Both the position numbers and the translations under genes were made by a program. From an uncultured Chloroflexia bacterium (GTDB lineage Bacteria; Chloroflexota; Chloroflexia; QHBQ01; JADMIH01): DNA of 64,000 nt. The stretch's first letter is position 1. Every line of letters begins with the position of its first letter. The stretch spans positions 221,231 through 285,230 of the forward strand of contig CAWCNY010000005.1 of assembly GCA_963797095.1 (NCBI GenBank), read 5' to 3'. The notes under the pieces were generated by a model. The model had not been told where the DNA came from, did not search any database, and saw only the letters and a program-made list of their open reading frames with translations. Positions 26,759-37,081 of this stretch are shown here, piece after piece.

Positions 26759-28924
26759 TCATTCATTCTCTTTGGTTGATCGCGTGGGCTTGCTCTTCAT
26801 GGCCCGCACATAGAACATCTCGGTGTACTCCTTGACCTGCCTTTGCATCGAAAACTTCGGCGCGCACGACACAATGGCTTCCTTCATCAAGTCCACCCAC
26901 CCCTGCGGGACATCGTTTTCGTCTCTCTCGTAATAGAGAGGCACCACTTTCTCTTCGAGCAGTTGGTACAGCGATTGCACATCGCGCCAGTCCTGCTCAT
27001 CAGGGTTGCTGTACTCTTGCCCCTCTCCTATGGCCCAGCCGTTCTTGCCATTATAGCCTTCGGCCCACCAGCCGTCCAGAACCGACAGGTTAGGAACACC
27101 GTTGAGCGAAGCTTTCATCCCGCTCGTGCCCGATGCCTCATAGGGCCTGCGGGGGTTGTTGAGCCACACGTCCACGCCATGCACCAGGTAGCGGGCCACA
27201 TTCATATCATATTCTTCGAGGAAGAGCACCTTGCCTGCCAGGCCTGGGTGGTGCGATGCCCAGTTTACCTGCTGGATGAAGCGCTTGCCAGGCTCGTCTT
27301 TGGGGTGCGCCTTCCCTGCGAAAAGTATCTGCACCGGCCTGGCGGCCCCGTTCAAAATGTGAATCAGGCGGTCCACATCGTTGAAAATCAACGTGGCTCG
27401 TTTGTAGGTAGCGAAGCGGCGGGCAAAGCCTAAGGTGAGCGCATCGGGATCGAGCAGTTGCTCAAGGGGCACCGATGGGGTGGTGCCTGTGCGTCTATGC
27501 CAGTACGCAGTTTTTGTGCGTGCGAACGTCACCAGTTGTTGCTTCAGCAAGGCATGGATCGCCCAAAGCTCTGCGTCAGGTGCTTTGTAGAGAGGCTTCC
27601 AGGTGTCGGGGTCGTCCACGTGTTCGTACCAATCCTTGCCCAGGTACTTGGTATAGAACTCATACAGTTCAGGAGCGAGCCATGTTCCCGTGTGGACGCC
27701 GTTGGTGATCGATGCTATAGGCACATCATCAACGTCGCGGTTGGGCCACAGCCAGTGCCACATATTGCGGGACACACGCCCATGCAGCTTGCTAACTCCA
27801 TTGCGATAGTCCGCTCCTTTGAGCGCCAGCGCGGTCATGCTGAACATCGGGCCCCAGGGATGCCCCTCGCGCGCCAGGTTCAAGAACTCGTCCCTGGTGA
27901 CCCCCAACTGGGGATAGTACTCCTGGAAATACTTGTCCATCAGGTCGAAGCCGAAAGCGTCGTTTCCGGCGGCCACCGGAGTATGGGTGGTGAAAACTGT
28001 CTGGGCTGCCCCTTCGCGTAGCGCCTGGGCGAAAGTCTCGCCTTTAGCCACGCGCTCGCGGGCTAGCTCAAGCACAAGAAATGCCGCGTGCCCTTCGTTC
28101 AGGTGGTAGGCCGCGGGATTGATTCCAAGTGCGCGCAGGGCGCGTATCCCGCCAACCCCCAGCACCAGCTCCTGCGCCACACGCATCTCCTGGTCGCCCC
28201 CATAGAGTCGCGACCCAAGCTCGCGGTCGGCGGGGGCATTGGGATAAATGTCCGTATCAAGCATATACAACGGGACGCGTCCAACCACGAATTCGTACAC
28301 TTTGGCATAGATAACGCGCTCCGGCAGTTGCACCTCCACCACTATCTCGTTGCCCTCCCCGTCGTGAGCGGGTAACGCAGGCTCCTCCGAGAAATCGAGC
28401 TTGTTGTATGTGGCTTCCTGCTGTCCATCGGAGGTGATCTGCTGCTTGAAATAGCCCTGCGGGTAGAGGAACCCTACAAACACCATCGGCACGCCGAGGT
28501 CAGAAGCGCCTTTGACATGATCTCCAGCCAGGATGCCGAGGCCGCCCGAATAAATCGGCAAGGACTCGTGCAAGCCGAACTCAAAGCAGAAATAGGCGAC
28601 GGGTCTGTTCGCTTCGGCCAGCTTTGGATACTTCTTCTTGAACCATGTGCTCGGCGCAGCAAGATAAGCATCGAATTCACGCATCACGTCGTCATAGCGG
28701 GCCACGTAAGCGGGATCGGCGGCGGCCACTCGCAGGGTAGCCTGACGAATCTCGTTCAGGAATTTGACCGGATTGTGGTACACATCCTCCCACAATTGAA
28801 TGTCGATGTCGGTGAAAAGCCGTTGCGCTTCCGGGTGCCATGTCCACCATAGGTTGTAAGCCAGTTCTGGAAGTCGTGAGATACGCTTTGGTATGATGTC
28901 AACTCTCGGTTGTACTAGGTTCAC
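26759..28924 (-). CDS. glgP: Alpha-glucan phosphorylase (GT35, GlgP family with DUF3417 N-terminus)
   Basis: PLP-binding EASGTSGMKASLNG. TNGVHTGTWLAPE. Typical N-terminus MNLVQPRVDIIPKRISRLPELAYNLWW. Confidence 0.85.
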   Translation of the reverse strand: MNLVQPRVDIIPKRISRLPELAYNLWWTWHPEAQRLFTDIDIQLWEDVYHNPVKFLNEIRQATLRVAAADPAYVARYDDVMREFDAYLAAPSTWFKKKYPKLAEANRPVAYFCFEFGLHESLPIYSGGLGILAGDHVKGASDLGVPMVFVGFLYPQGYFKQQITSDGQQEATYNKLDFSEEPALPAHDGEGNEIVVEVQLPERVIYAKVYEFVVGRVPLYMLDTDIYPNAPADRELGSRLYGGDQEMRVAQELVLGVGGIRALRALGINPAAYHLNEGHAAFLVLELARERVAKGETFAQALREGAAQTVFTTHTPVAAGNDAFGFDLMDKYFQEYYPQLGVTRDEFLNLAREGHPWGPMFSMTALALKGADYRNGVSKLHGRVSRNMWHWLWPNRDVDDVPIASITNGVHTGTWLAPELYEFYTKYLGKDWYEHVDDPDTWKPLYKAPDAELWAIHALLKQQLVTFARTKTAYWHRRTGTTPSVPLEQLLDPDALTLGFARRFATYKRATLIFNDVDRLIHILNGAARPVQILFAGKAHPKDEPGKRFIQQVNWASHHPGLAGKVLFLEEYDMNVARYLVHGVDVWLNNPRRPYEASGTSGMKASLNGVPNLSVLDGWWAEGYNGKNGWAIGEGQEYSNPDEQDWRDVQSLYQLLEEKVVPLYYERDENDVPQGWVDLMKEAIVSCAPKFSMQRQVKEYTEMFYVRAMKSKPTRSTKENE

Positions 28925-29142
28925 TCTTGTCCATTCTCCCTTCTAAGAAATACGGATATGATCGCACACTCCACCGGTTGGTGCTGCGTATACCCTCTAC
29001 AAGAAAAGAGGCGCGCTGGCCCACCGGCCGCACGCCATTGTCGGTCACATCGTCGGTCACATTGTAGCCGATTGGGGCAATAGTTGCCACCGCCCAGGCT
29101 TCCACGGAGGCGGCTCACATTACCGGGTGCTACGACCTGGTG

Positions 29143-30391
29143 CTACGCCCGCCCAAGCACAAGACAGGCATTGATCCCACCGAAACCGAACGAGTTAGAG
29201 AGGATTGTATTCACCCTGCGATGTCTGCCCCCCTCCTGGATATAGTCAAGGTCGCATTCAGGGTCGGTATGCTCAAGATTGATCGTCGGCGGCAGATATT
29301 CATGCAGCATCGACATACACGCGATTGCCAGCTCAAAAGCGCCCGACGCCCCCAGGGCGTGGCCGTGCATGGCTTTGGTGGCGCTGATCGGCATACGAAG
29401 CGCGTGGTCGCCGAACACGGCCTTGATCGCCATAGTCTCGGTCTTGTCGTTGAGGGGCGTGGCCGACGCGTGGGCATTGATATACTCGATCTCATGCGGC
29501 TGCAAGTTCGCGGAGGCCAAAGCCTCGCGCATGCACCGGATCGCCTGCGCGCCATCTGGCCGGGGCGCGGTCATGTGATAAGCATCAGTAGTGGTGGCAT
29601 AGCCCAGTATTTCGGCGTAAATATCGGCACCGCGCGCCTTCGCGTGCTCCCAATCTTCCAGGATGAGCACCGCCGACCCCTCGGACATCACGAAGCCATC
29701 CCGCCGTGCGTCAAAAGGTCGCGATGCTTTTTCCGGCACCTCATTGGAGTTGCTCGAAATGGCGCGAATGAGATCGAACGCCCCGAAGATCAGAGGCGCA
29801 AGCGGCAACTCGGCCCCGCCCGCCAGCATGATCCGGGCGCGTCCCTCACGCACCAGCCTGTAGGCTTCGCCAATCGCCACCGCGCCGGAGGCACACGAGT
29901 TGGCGTTGGTCTGGTTAGGTCCAAACACCCCCATTTCCATCGCGATGTTGCACGATGAAGCCGAGCCGAACACGGTCAAAGCGAGGATGTTGTTTACGGC
30001 ACGCAGGCCGTGCTCAATAAAGACCGAGTGCTGTTCTTCAGCGAACGATAGGCCGCCCAGTGCGCTCCCCAGGTACACGCCGGTGTCTTCGGAATCGCTC
30101 TTCGAGAGACAGAGGCCGGAGTTCGAGCACCGCTCCCTGCGCGGCGGCAATCGCCAGTTGCGAGTACCTGTCGAGGCGGCGGGCACGCTGCGGCTCCAGG
30201 TGGTCCAGGGGGTCGAAATCGTCTATCTGTGCCGCCACCTGAGACCTGAATTGCGCCGGGTCGAAGCGACTGACGCGGCGCACAGCCGAGCGCCCGGCCA
30301 GCACGCCCTCCCACAACCCCTTGCAACCGCTGCCGATTGGCGTGATCGCCCCTATGCCCGTTATCACAACTCGCCTGTGTGTGTTCCCCAT
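29143..30391 (-). pseudogene. FabF-like beta-ketoacyl-ACP synthase II with an internal frameshift near 30120
   Basis: N-terminal KS motifs (RRVVITGIGAITPIG, RRLDRYSQLAIAAAQ) are in ORF 30038-30469. The rest (SGLCLSKSDSEDTGVYLGS..., active-site NANSCASG, HGHALGASG, FGFGGINA) is in ORF 29143-30186. The frame switches right after AAAQ. Confidence 0.65.
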
Positions 30392-30434
30392 CCCGCCCTC
30401 TATCCCGCAGCCTTCCTCATTCAGGGACTGCCGC

Positions 30435-30935
30435 TCACTTGGTGCTTGATCCTCCGCCTCCGCCGGCACCGTCGCCTTCTGCCAGTTGCTTTATCCTTCG
30501 CAGGGTCTTGCCCGCGATATAGCCTATGAAGCCCCGCCCGACCACGATCTCGGTCAGGCGTCTGCCCAGGATTCGGACCGGAAACGGCGGCTGATCCAGT
30601 CGGTGCGCGATCGTCACCAGCACATCACCGTCACCGTCCCCCGGCTCAAATGACCACTCTACGTCCATCCCTCGTACCAGGCCCTTTATATGCCTGAAGA
30701 GAATCCGGCCCGGAGCGTCTTCCGTGCCCGGCAAAACTGTCTCGATTGCCGACCATGTGACGGGTATGAAGTTTCGCCACGCCGACATGCGCACCCATTT
30801 GCGGTTGCCCTGCTGCTTCAGCACCTGCACGAAGCGGTAATGAGGAAGCAGAGTTTCCCACTCCTCGACCTGCGCGGCAAGCTCGAAAATATGAGTGTAA
30901 GGAGCGTTGATAGTGATCTGGGTGCTGGTCTTCAT
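30435..30935 (-). CDS. SRPBCC (Bet v1-like) polyketide cyclase/dehydrase or Coq10-like lipid-binding protein
   Basis: Starts MKTSTQITINAPY. START/SRPBCC pattern W...W. Gly-rich C-terminal tail. Sits between the KS gene and the FAD gene. Confidence 0.55.
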   Translation of the reverse strand: MKTSTQITINAPYTHIFELAAQVEEWETLLPHYRFVQVLKQQGNRKWVRMSAWRNFIPVTWSAIETVLPGTEDAPGRILFRHIKGLVRGMDVEWSFEPGDGDGDVLVTIAHRLDQPPFPVRILGRRLTEIVVGRGFIGYIAGKTLRRIKQLAEGDGAGGGGGSSTK

Positions 30936-30949
30936 AGCGGCATTCCCGG

Positions 30950-32239
30950 TCAGGGCCTTAGCAGAGACCACAGATAAAGCGGGCTGAGAGCAGCACGAGC
31001 GTCGGCGAAATCGCCCAACACCCCGGTCAGCACCTGCCGGGCATCCTCGCGTCTTCCAAGCCTGGATACTACATAGTCCATAGCAGGAGGCATTCCTACG
31101 AAAAGTTGAACAAGCCTGCACACCATGTCCTTGGCAGTGAATTCGGCGCGTCGCGCCCTGCTGTAGCGGCTCAACGCGCGGGCCGACACATCGTCCTTAT
31201 CAAGCGCAGCGGAGGCCACATCAGCGGCGATCTCAGCGCCACGCAAAGCCTTGTAAACCCCCTCGCCCGTGAACGGGTCGAAGAACCCCGCCGCGTCTCC
31301 AACCAGCATCCATCCATCACCATGTACTCGCTTCACCCTCGCGCCTATTGGCCCAACTCCGCGCACCTCGCTCATCCGGGCAGCCCCGCGCAGACGCTCG
31401 CCCACCCCTTGGAAGCTATGCGCGAAACGCTCGAACCGCTCAACCGCGCTTCCTCCCGCGAACTGTTTCGCCTTCCTCATTGGCATCACCAACCCGACAT
31501 TGAGGAGGCCGCCCGATTGGGGGGCAAGCCCCGCATAACCGTGCTTCGACACATAGATCTCGCCCCAGTCGTCCAGGCCGCTATACCCGCTGTAATGGGC
31601 CACCATCCCCAGGTTCTGCGGCCACCTCAGCGGCGCGCCCACTCCCAGGCTGCGCACCGCCGCCGAATGAACGCCGTCGGCCCCTATCACCAATCTTGCT
31701 CTGATCTGGCGGGTGCCGCTTGACCGCTCCCTGTACACCACGCCACCTACCCTGCCATCTTGCAGCGTGACCCCCTCCACCCTGACCCGCTCACGCACTT
31801 CCGCGCCACACTGCCGTGCAAAGTCCACCAGCGTAGCGTCCAGCACGCGCCGCGTGGTGGCAAGCACCTGCATTTGCGCGCCACGTTCGTTTCGATTGAG
31901 CGCATAATCCATGGCGAACGACCTGCCCGAAGGGCTGATCACCCGCATCGACCCCAGGCGGCGCGCCCCCGCACGTTCCACCATCTCCAGCGCCCCAATT
32001 CGCTCCAACACCCGTTCCGTCTGGGGACTTGTATACTCGCCGCAAGCCTTATCTCTCGGAAATACCGCTCTGTCGAGAGCAAGCACCGAGTACCCGGCAC
32101 GCGCAAGCAAGGCTGCCGTCGTTGAGCCCGCCGGTCCTGCTCCCACAACCACCACATCGTAGGTCTGTGTATTTGCGGTTGAGCCTGTGGTGCTGTCCAT
32201 CCTCTGCCAACCCCGATCAGTTATCCCCCGAAACGTCAA
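30950..32239 (-). CDS. Geranylgeranyl reductase family FAD-dependent oxidoreductase
   Basis: FAD motif YDVVVVGAGPAGS. GGR-family motif PRDKACGE. LVGDAAGFFDPFTGEG. Confidence 0.75.
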   Translation of the reverse strand: MTFRGITDRGWQRMDSTTGSTANTQTYDVVVVGAGPAGSTTAALLARAGYSVLALDRAVFPRDKACGEYTSPQTERVLERIGALEMVERAGARRLGSMRVISPSGRSFAMDYALNRNERGAQMQVLATTRRVLDATLVDFARQCGAEVRERVRVEGVTLQDGRVGGVVYRERSSGTRQIRARLVIGADGVHSAAVRSLGVGAPLRWPQNLGMVAHYSGYSGLDDWGEIYVSKHGYAGLAPQSGGLLNVGLVMPMRKAKQFAGGSAVERFERFAHSFQGVGERLRGAARMSEVRGVGPIGARVKRVHGDGWMLVGDAAGFFDPFTGEGVYKALRGAEIAADVASAALDKDDVSARALSRYSRARRAEFTAKDMVCRLVQLFVGMPPAMDYVVSRLGRREDARQVLTGVLGDFADARAALSPLYLWSLLRP

Positions 32240-32963
32240 AGCCCGAATACCGAACCGCCGCTACGCGCCAGAATGGGTGGGTGTAAATCTTCAGCGGAAT
32301 CCCCGCGTTGCGGGCGATCCTCCCGATCTCGGCCGGTGTGAACGCCCTGTAAACTGAGGCTGGCCCATCGTGGTGCGTGAGCTTGTTCGGGGTCGTAAGC
32401 CGCGCCAGCACCCATGCCATGTACCACGCGCCTTGCGAGCGGTAGATGTCGTTCACGATGAACCCCAGGCGCGACATCCGCTCCATCTCCTTCATGACTT
32501 TGTGTGCCGCCCCCAGGTCGAAGTGGTGGAATGCAAGGGAGCAGGTAACAACATCAAACGAAGCATCGGCGAACGGAGGCGAGACCGCGTCGCATACGAC
32601 AAACTCGACCGCATCCGTGAAGCCCGCCCTGTTAATACGGTCAGAGGCTACAGCCAGGATTTCGGGACTTATGTCGGTGGCCGTAACCTCGATCTGACGC
32701 CCATTCTTACGCGCCCAACGGCACAACTCCTCCGGAATGTCTGCTGAGCCTGTCGCCAGGTCGAGCACCTTCAGCGTCTGCCCCTCAGGAAATGGGCCGA
32801 TCAAGTGCCGAAGGTGATACTTGACGACCCAGGTGCCGAGTCCGAAGATGTTAGCACGCCGGATGTCTCGCAGGGTCTCTTCCAGGTCATGCGCACTCGC
32901 CTCGCCCGGCCTGTCAAGCAATTCCTGAACATCAAGATACCGGGGCGTTCGGAAGATGCGCAT
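32217..32963 (-). CDS. Class I SAM-dependent methyltransferase (UbiE/MenG-like)
   Basis: Motif I VLDLATGSADIP and post-I acidic residue. Overlaps the GGR gene by 23 nt. Start taken at MRIFRTPRYL (32963); the ORF-track extension to 33053 translates heptamer repeats. Confidence 0.6.
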   Translation of the reverse strand: MRIFRTPRYLDVQELLDRPGEASAHDLEETLRDIRRANIFGLGTWVVKYHLRHLIGPFPEGQTLKVLDLATGSADIPEELCRWARKNGRQIEVTATDISPEILAVASDRINRAGFTDAVEFVVCDAVSPPFADASFDVVTCSLAFHHFDLGAAHKVMKEMERMSRLGFIVNDIYRSQGAWYMAWVLARLTTPNKLTHHDGPASVYRAFTPAEIGRIARNAGIPLKIYTHPFWRVAAVRYSGFDVSGDN

Positions 32964-32984
32964 GGGCCATTGTACCAGAAACGG

Positions 32985-33075
32985 GGAGGAAGTAACGAGT
33001 GACGAGCGACGAGTGAACATTGCGTGCTGCATACTTCGTACTGCGTATTCCAAGGCTCACTCGCCACTAGTCACT
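32985..33075. repeat. Heptamer-based (GAGTGAC/GCGAGTG) imperfect inverted repeat hairpin between the HD gene and the methyltransferase
   Basis: cgagtgacgagcgacgagtga ... tcactcgccactagtcactcgcc. Confidence 0.6.
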
Positions 33076-33919
33076 CGCCACGTTCCAGCCAATCGCGCGC
33101 CAGCCATTCGGCCCGCGCCACATCGTCGTGGCGCAGCCTCCCCGCCTCCACCTCGCCCAACAAATAGCCCTTTAGCGCGGCAATCCAGGGTCCAGGCTCG
33201 CGGGCCGCCAGTGCCAACAGCTGATTACCGTTGAGGGGCGAGCGGGGTTCGCTCACGCGCGCTTGCTCCTCGCGCTGAGATTCATCTTCTAGCCGTTGGG
33301 CATGGGCCTCAAGGCTATCAAGCACCCACAAACCGCGGTCGATAGGCTCAGGCAGGTAGCCCCTCAGGTCGGCCCGGGCCAGCGCCAGTAGGTCACGCCA
33401 GCCCGCTTCCCCGCGCCCTTCCTCTGCTTCGTCCTTCAACCGCCGCACCGCCGCGCCGGTCCACTCGCTGCTGTACGAGATCGGCCTCATGTGCAGCGAC
33501 ACCAATCTCTGCACCGGCTCTATGAGGGCTGGGTCTGCACCGGCAGCCTCCATTATCTCAGGCGTCATCTCAGCGCCGAACCTGTCGTGCTCAAAGAATC
33601 TGGAGCGCCCCTCCGGCGTCTCGAGGTAGGCCGGGCCCTTGCCTATATCGTGCAGCACAGCAGCCCACCGCCTTATCGCCGTAGGCTCAATCGCGTCTAC
33701 CACCTTCAACGTATGAACGAGCGCATCACCTTTGTGCGCCGGAAGCTGCGATACGCCCTTGAGCGCCGCCAGGTCGGGGAACACGTCCCGCAAATGCCCT
33801 GTTTGCGCCCAGCGCCACAGCACGTCCGAAGGACGCCCAGACAGCAGCACATCGTGCAATGAAGGCTCAGGCTCGGCAGGACTATCGTCACCGTGCCGCC
33901 TGCGTAGAAAACGAAACAT
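33071..33919 (-). CDS. Stand-alone HD domain protein related to the C-terminal half of CCA-adding enzyme/poly(A) polymerase
   Basis: HD motif AAVLHDIGKG. tRNA-NT C-terminal-like PLNGNQLLAL. Confidence 0.6.
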   Translation of the reverse strand: MFRFLRRRHGDDSPAEPEPSLHDVLLSGRPSDVLWRWAQTGHLRDVFPDLAALKGVSQLPAHKGDALVHTLKVVDAIEPTAIRRWAAVLHDIGKGPAYLETPEGRSRFFEHDRFGAEMTPEIMEAAGADPALIEPVQRLVSLHMRPISYSSEWTGAAVRRLKDEAEEGRGEAGWRDLLALARADLRGYLPEPIDRGLWVLDSLEAHAQRLEDESQREEQARVSEPRSPLNGNQLLALAAREPGPWIAALKGYLLGEVEAGRLRHDDVARAEWLARDWLERGE

Positions 33920-33979
33920 GGAAGATAAATATCGTCAAAGCCGGCTCGGCTGCCCCAACAACCGACCCGAAACCGCAAG

Positions 33980-34387
33980 TCAGGAAAGGGCCGATTTCAA
34001 CCGGTCACGCTCAGACTGCGTGAGCAATCCGAGATTGGCAATCAGGTAATCAATAAATATGCCACGATTGTCAGACAAGAGCGCGTTCATGAGCGTAGCG
34101 ACCACATAGCTGTCAAAACCGGACCTATCAACACGTGCGGAATAGAGATAGCTGGACGATGATTTGTCCTGGTCAAGAAGCTTTTTGCGCGCGAGTCTGC
34201 TGAGGGTAGTCATAACCGTGGTATAAGCTATCTCCTTCCTGGGTTGTAGCTCCCGGTGCACCTGGCTCACGGTCGAGGGGCCGCGCCGCCAGATTATCTG
34301 CATGATCTCGCTTTCGAGCGGGCCAAGTACTTTTGTCGGGTTTGAAGAAGATGGGTCGAACCTGAATTTGAAATCGTCTACGCCCAT
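33980..34387 (-). CDS. BlaI/MecI/CopY family transcriptional repressor
   Basis: Winged-helix LGPLESEIMQIIWRRGPSTVSQVHREL...TVMTTLSRLARKKLL. No BlaR1-type M56 sensor adjacent. Confidence 0.75.
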   Translation of the reverse strand: MGVDDFKFRFDPSSSNPTKVLGPLESEIMQIIWRRGPSTVSQVHRELQPRKEIAYTTVMTTLSRLARKKLLDQDKSSSSYLYSARVDRSGFDSYVVATLMNALLSDNRGIFIDYLIANLGLLTQSERDRLKSALS

Positions 34388-34492
34388 ACAATTCCTCCCG
34401 TTGCCTGCAATAGCAACCTCACCGGACTATCCACCGGCAAAATTCAGTAAAATATCGCCTGGCCGGGACTAATGATAACGGTCCGGACCGCA

Positions 34493-35068
34493 TTACTGGT
34501 CGGTCGTCGTCGATCCCGGATATTTCGCGGCCACACGGCGCGCTCGCCGGACTCTGGGCGGTCGAGGAGTTACGGGCGTTTCCGAGGAAGTGCCAGGGGC
34601 CTCAGGGGCGACCATCACGCCGGTCGGGGTCTCTAAATCGGCCTCTGCGGGTTCCGCCGGACCTGCTATCTGCTCAGGCTCTTCCGGGGCAACTTCTTCC
34701 GTTGTGACGGGCGATTCAACTTGCGCAACAACCGGCTCGGTCTCTTGTGGGAGGACAAGGGTCTCGGCCTCTAGCTCAGCTTCCGGGATGGGCGATAGTG
34801 GGAAGAGCACCTGCGTCTGCTCGACCTGTTTGGGCGGGGTCTCCGCCCTCTCCGATGGCACAAAAGCGCCATAGAGCGCACCCACCAGCGCACCGATGCC
34901 AGCTCCCGCGAGAAGTCCTACAATGGCAGTTGAAAGGACACCCTGGCCCACAGTCGGGCCAATTACCGGCACAGCTTCCGGTCGCGTGGCGATCACCCAC
35001 CCGATCAAAGCGCCGAGTATTCCACCAAACACCGCGCCAACGGCTGCGCCTCCCCTGACATTTGCCAT
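34493..35068 (-). CDS. Glycine-zipper membrane protein with acidic Pro/Glu-rich tail
   Basis: Two GxxxG-rich TM segments (GAAVGAVFGGILGALIGWVIA; AIVGLLAGAGIGALVGALYGAF). Low-complexity C-terminus. Confidence 0.4.
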   Translation of the reverse strand: MANVRGGAAVGAVFGGILGALIGWVIATRPEAVPVIGPTVGQGVLSTAIVGLLAGAGIGALVGALYGAFVPSERAETPPKQVEQTQVLFPLSPIPEAELEAETLVLPQETEPVVAQVESPVTTEEVAPEEPEQIAGPAEPAEADLETPTGVMVAPEAPGTSSETPVTPRPPRVRRARRVAAKYPGSTTTDQ

Positions 35069-35252
35069 TGTCTCGTCATCCGACACCAATCGCCCCTCCC
35101 AACCCGGGAAATAAAGCAGCTACTACGAAGAGTGAGAGCGCTGAACGCCAAATCTTCGCTAGTGAGCACTCTATTCTACGACTAATCTGTGGTTGATGCA
35201 ACGACCTCTGCACACGCGAAAAGCCTAGTGCCATAATCCCTCGAACGGAATA

Positions 35253-36927
35253 TTGGGTTGTGGACGGTTGCCCTGGAGGCAACACCACAACAGGCGATTA
35301 CGGAGTAGGCCATTGAGTTCTATCAATCTGGCTGTGGCCTGCGTGTGCGGGTGCGGGCTGGGACTCCTCCTGCTGGGCCACTACCCGGCAGGGCTTGACC
35401 TCGCGCCTTGGATGGTGCTAATCCTGCTGGGCTTGTGCTCCCTGGGTTGCGCGTTCCTGGGCGCACTGACAGGCGAGTCACATGGGCGGCTCTGTTGGCC
35501 GCGTTCGCCCCCCTGGGGTGCGGTCGTGCCCTCGTAATCCACCCGCCCGCTACCTCTACCGACCTGGCTTACTACAACACTCCAATCAGTTCCACCGGCC
35601 CACCCATCCAGGTTGTAGGCGTCGTTACCGGCGAGCCACTGTTGGCCGACCGCTCACAAAGTCTGCGTATCAGCGCAGAAACGATCCGGCTAGGAGGCTC
35701 TACAAGCAGGCTGGTAGTCAAGGGTGATTTGCAGGCCGTCCTCCCGCGCTACCCTGAGTACTCGTTCGGCGAGCGGCTCGTCCTCGAAGGAATCCTTACA
35801 GGCCCGCCCACACTTGGCGACTTCGATTACGCGGCGTGGCTTGGCAGGCAGGGCATTTACAGCTACATGAGCTTCCCCCGCACTCGCAGTCTGGGGCGCT
35901 CAGGCGACGAAGGATTAGAAGCACTGGTTTCGGAGGCTAGAGAGGAGGCGCGCAATACCTTGCGGCGCACGGTGGCCGAGCCGCAGGCCAGCGTCGCTAT
36001 TGGCGTGGTTGTGGGCGACCACACCGCCCTTCCCGACGCCCTGAGCGACGACTTCCGCCGGACCGGCACTTTGCACATTCTCGCCATCTCCGGCCAGAGT
36101 ATCTCCTTGCTGTCGGGCTCCTGTGGCTCATCAGGTCGGGCCGCCGGCGCAAGCGCGTCATGCCCCTATGGCTCGCCCTGATTACGGCGGTCGTGCTCGC
36201 GCTCCATACCGCCTTCACGGGAGCATCACCCCCTTAGTAAGGGCCGCGATTATGGGCGCTGTCGTCCTCTTTGCGCCCGTTGTTCGTCGCCGCTACGACC
36301 CACTTGCCGCCCTGGCGGTAGCGGCTGCGGCCATAATCCTGCTCGATCCCGATGTGCTGGCCGATGCGGGTTTCCAACTGTCATTCCTGTCTATGTGGGG
36401 CATAACCACTTTTGCCTCGCCCATAACCTCCCTGCTGGGGAAAATACGGCTGCCCGACCTCCTCTTCTATCCGCTGGCGACCAGCCTCTCCGCTCAAACC
36501 GCCACCCTCCCTCTGAGCATACTCCTCTACGGGCAGGTATCTATCGTCTCGCCGATCGCCACCCTGGTCGCCGACACCACCCTCTCACCGCTCATGCTCT
36601 CCGGTATTGCCACGGTTTCTAGGCCTTCTGCCGTGGTTCGTCTTTTCGTGGCTGGGCGGCCTGCTCGTCTGGCTGTCAGCCGCCTGGCTCACCTGGTGGG
36701 TAGAATGGTGGGCGCAATTCCCCTGTGCGGCCATTCCGGTACAAGGCTTCCAACAACTATACGCCCTCGCCTATTACGCAGCCCTCTTCGCGGGTGCATG
36801 GCTCTTTTCCAGGGCAAAACGCAGAGAGCAACTAATCGCATTAGGGCCCCGCTGCAGAGTGGCTGCCCTGGGCGCCCTAGCCGCAGGTGTCTGGGTGGCG
36901 GCGGTGCTGCTTGTTGTAGCCCGGTAG
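35253..36927 (+). pseudogene. comEC: ComEC/Rec2 competence channel (membrane domain only) fragmented by at least 3 frameshifts
   Basis: ComEC segments lie in four frames: 35253-35537, 35408-36181 (DUF4131; GTLHILAISGQSISLL), 36123 onward (GFQLSFLSMWGITTF), and 36607-36927 (C-terminal TMs). Confidence 0.6.
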
Positions 36928-37081
36928 ATACAGGCTACCTTCGTCTCCAACTTTTGGGAGAGAAGTACCACTGGCAGAGTGACCTCGAAAAGCCGCGCGT
37001 AATGTATAATCGGAACGAGTCGCCACTCTAAGGCGCTCATCTCTATGTAGTGCTCACTAATTCCGTGGGTTTTCGAAAGGC

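Noticed and set aside
33980-35068. BlaI-BlaR1 beta-lactam sensing pair
   Set aside because: The BlaI/CopY repressor is present, but the adjacent upstream gene is a small glycine-zipper membrane protein with no M56 peptidase or sensor domain. It is an orphan repressor.
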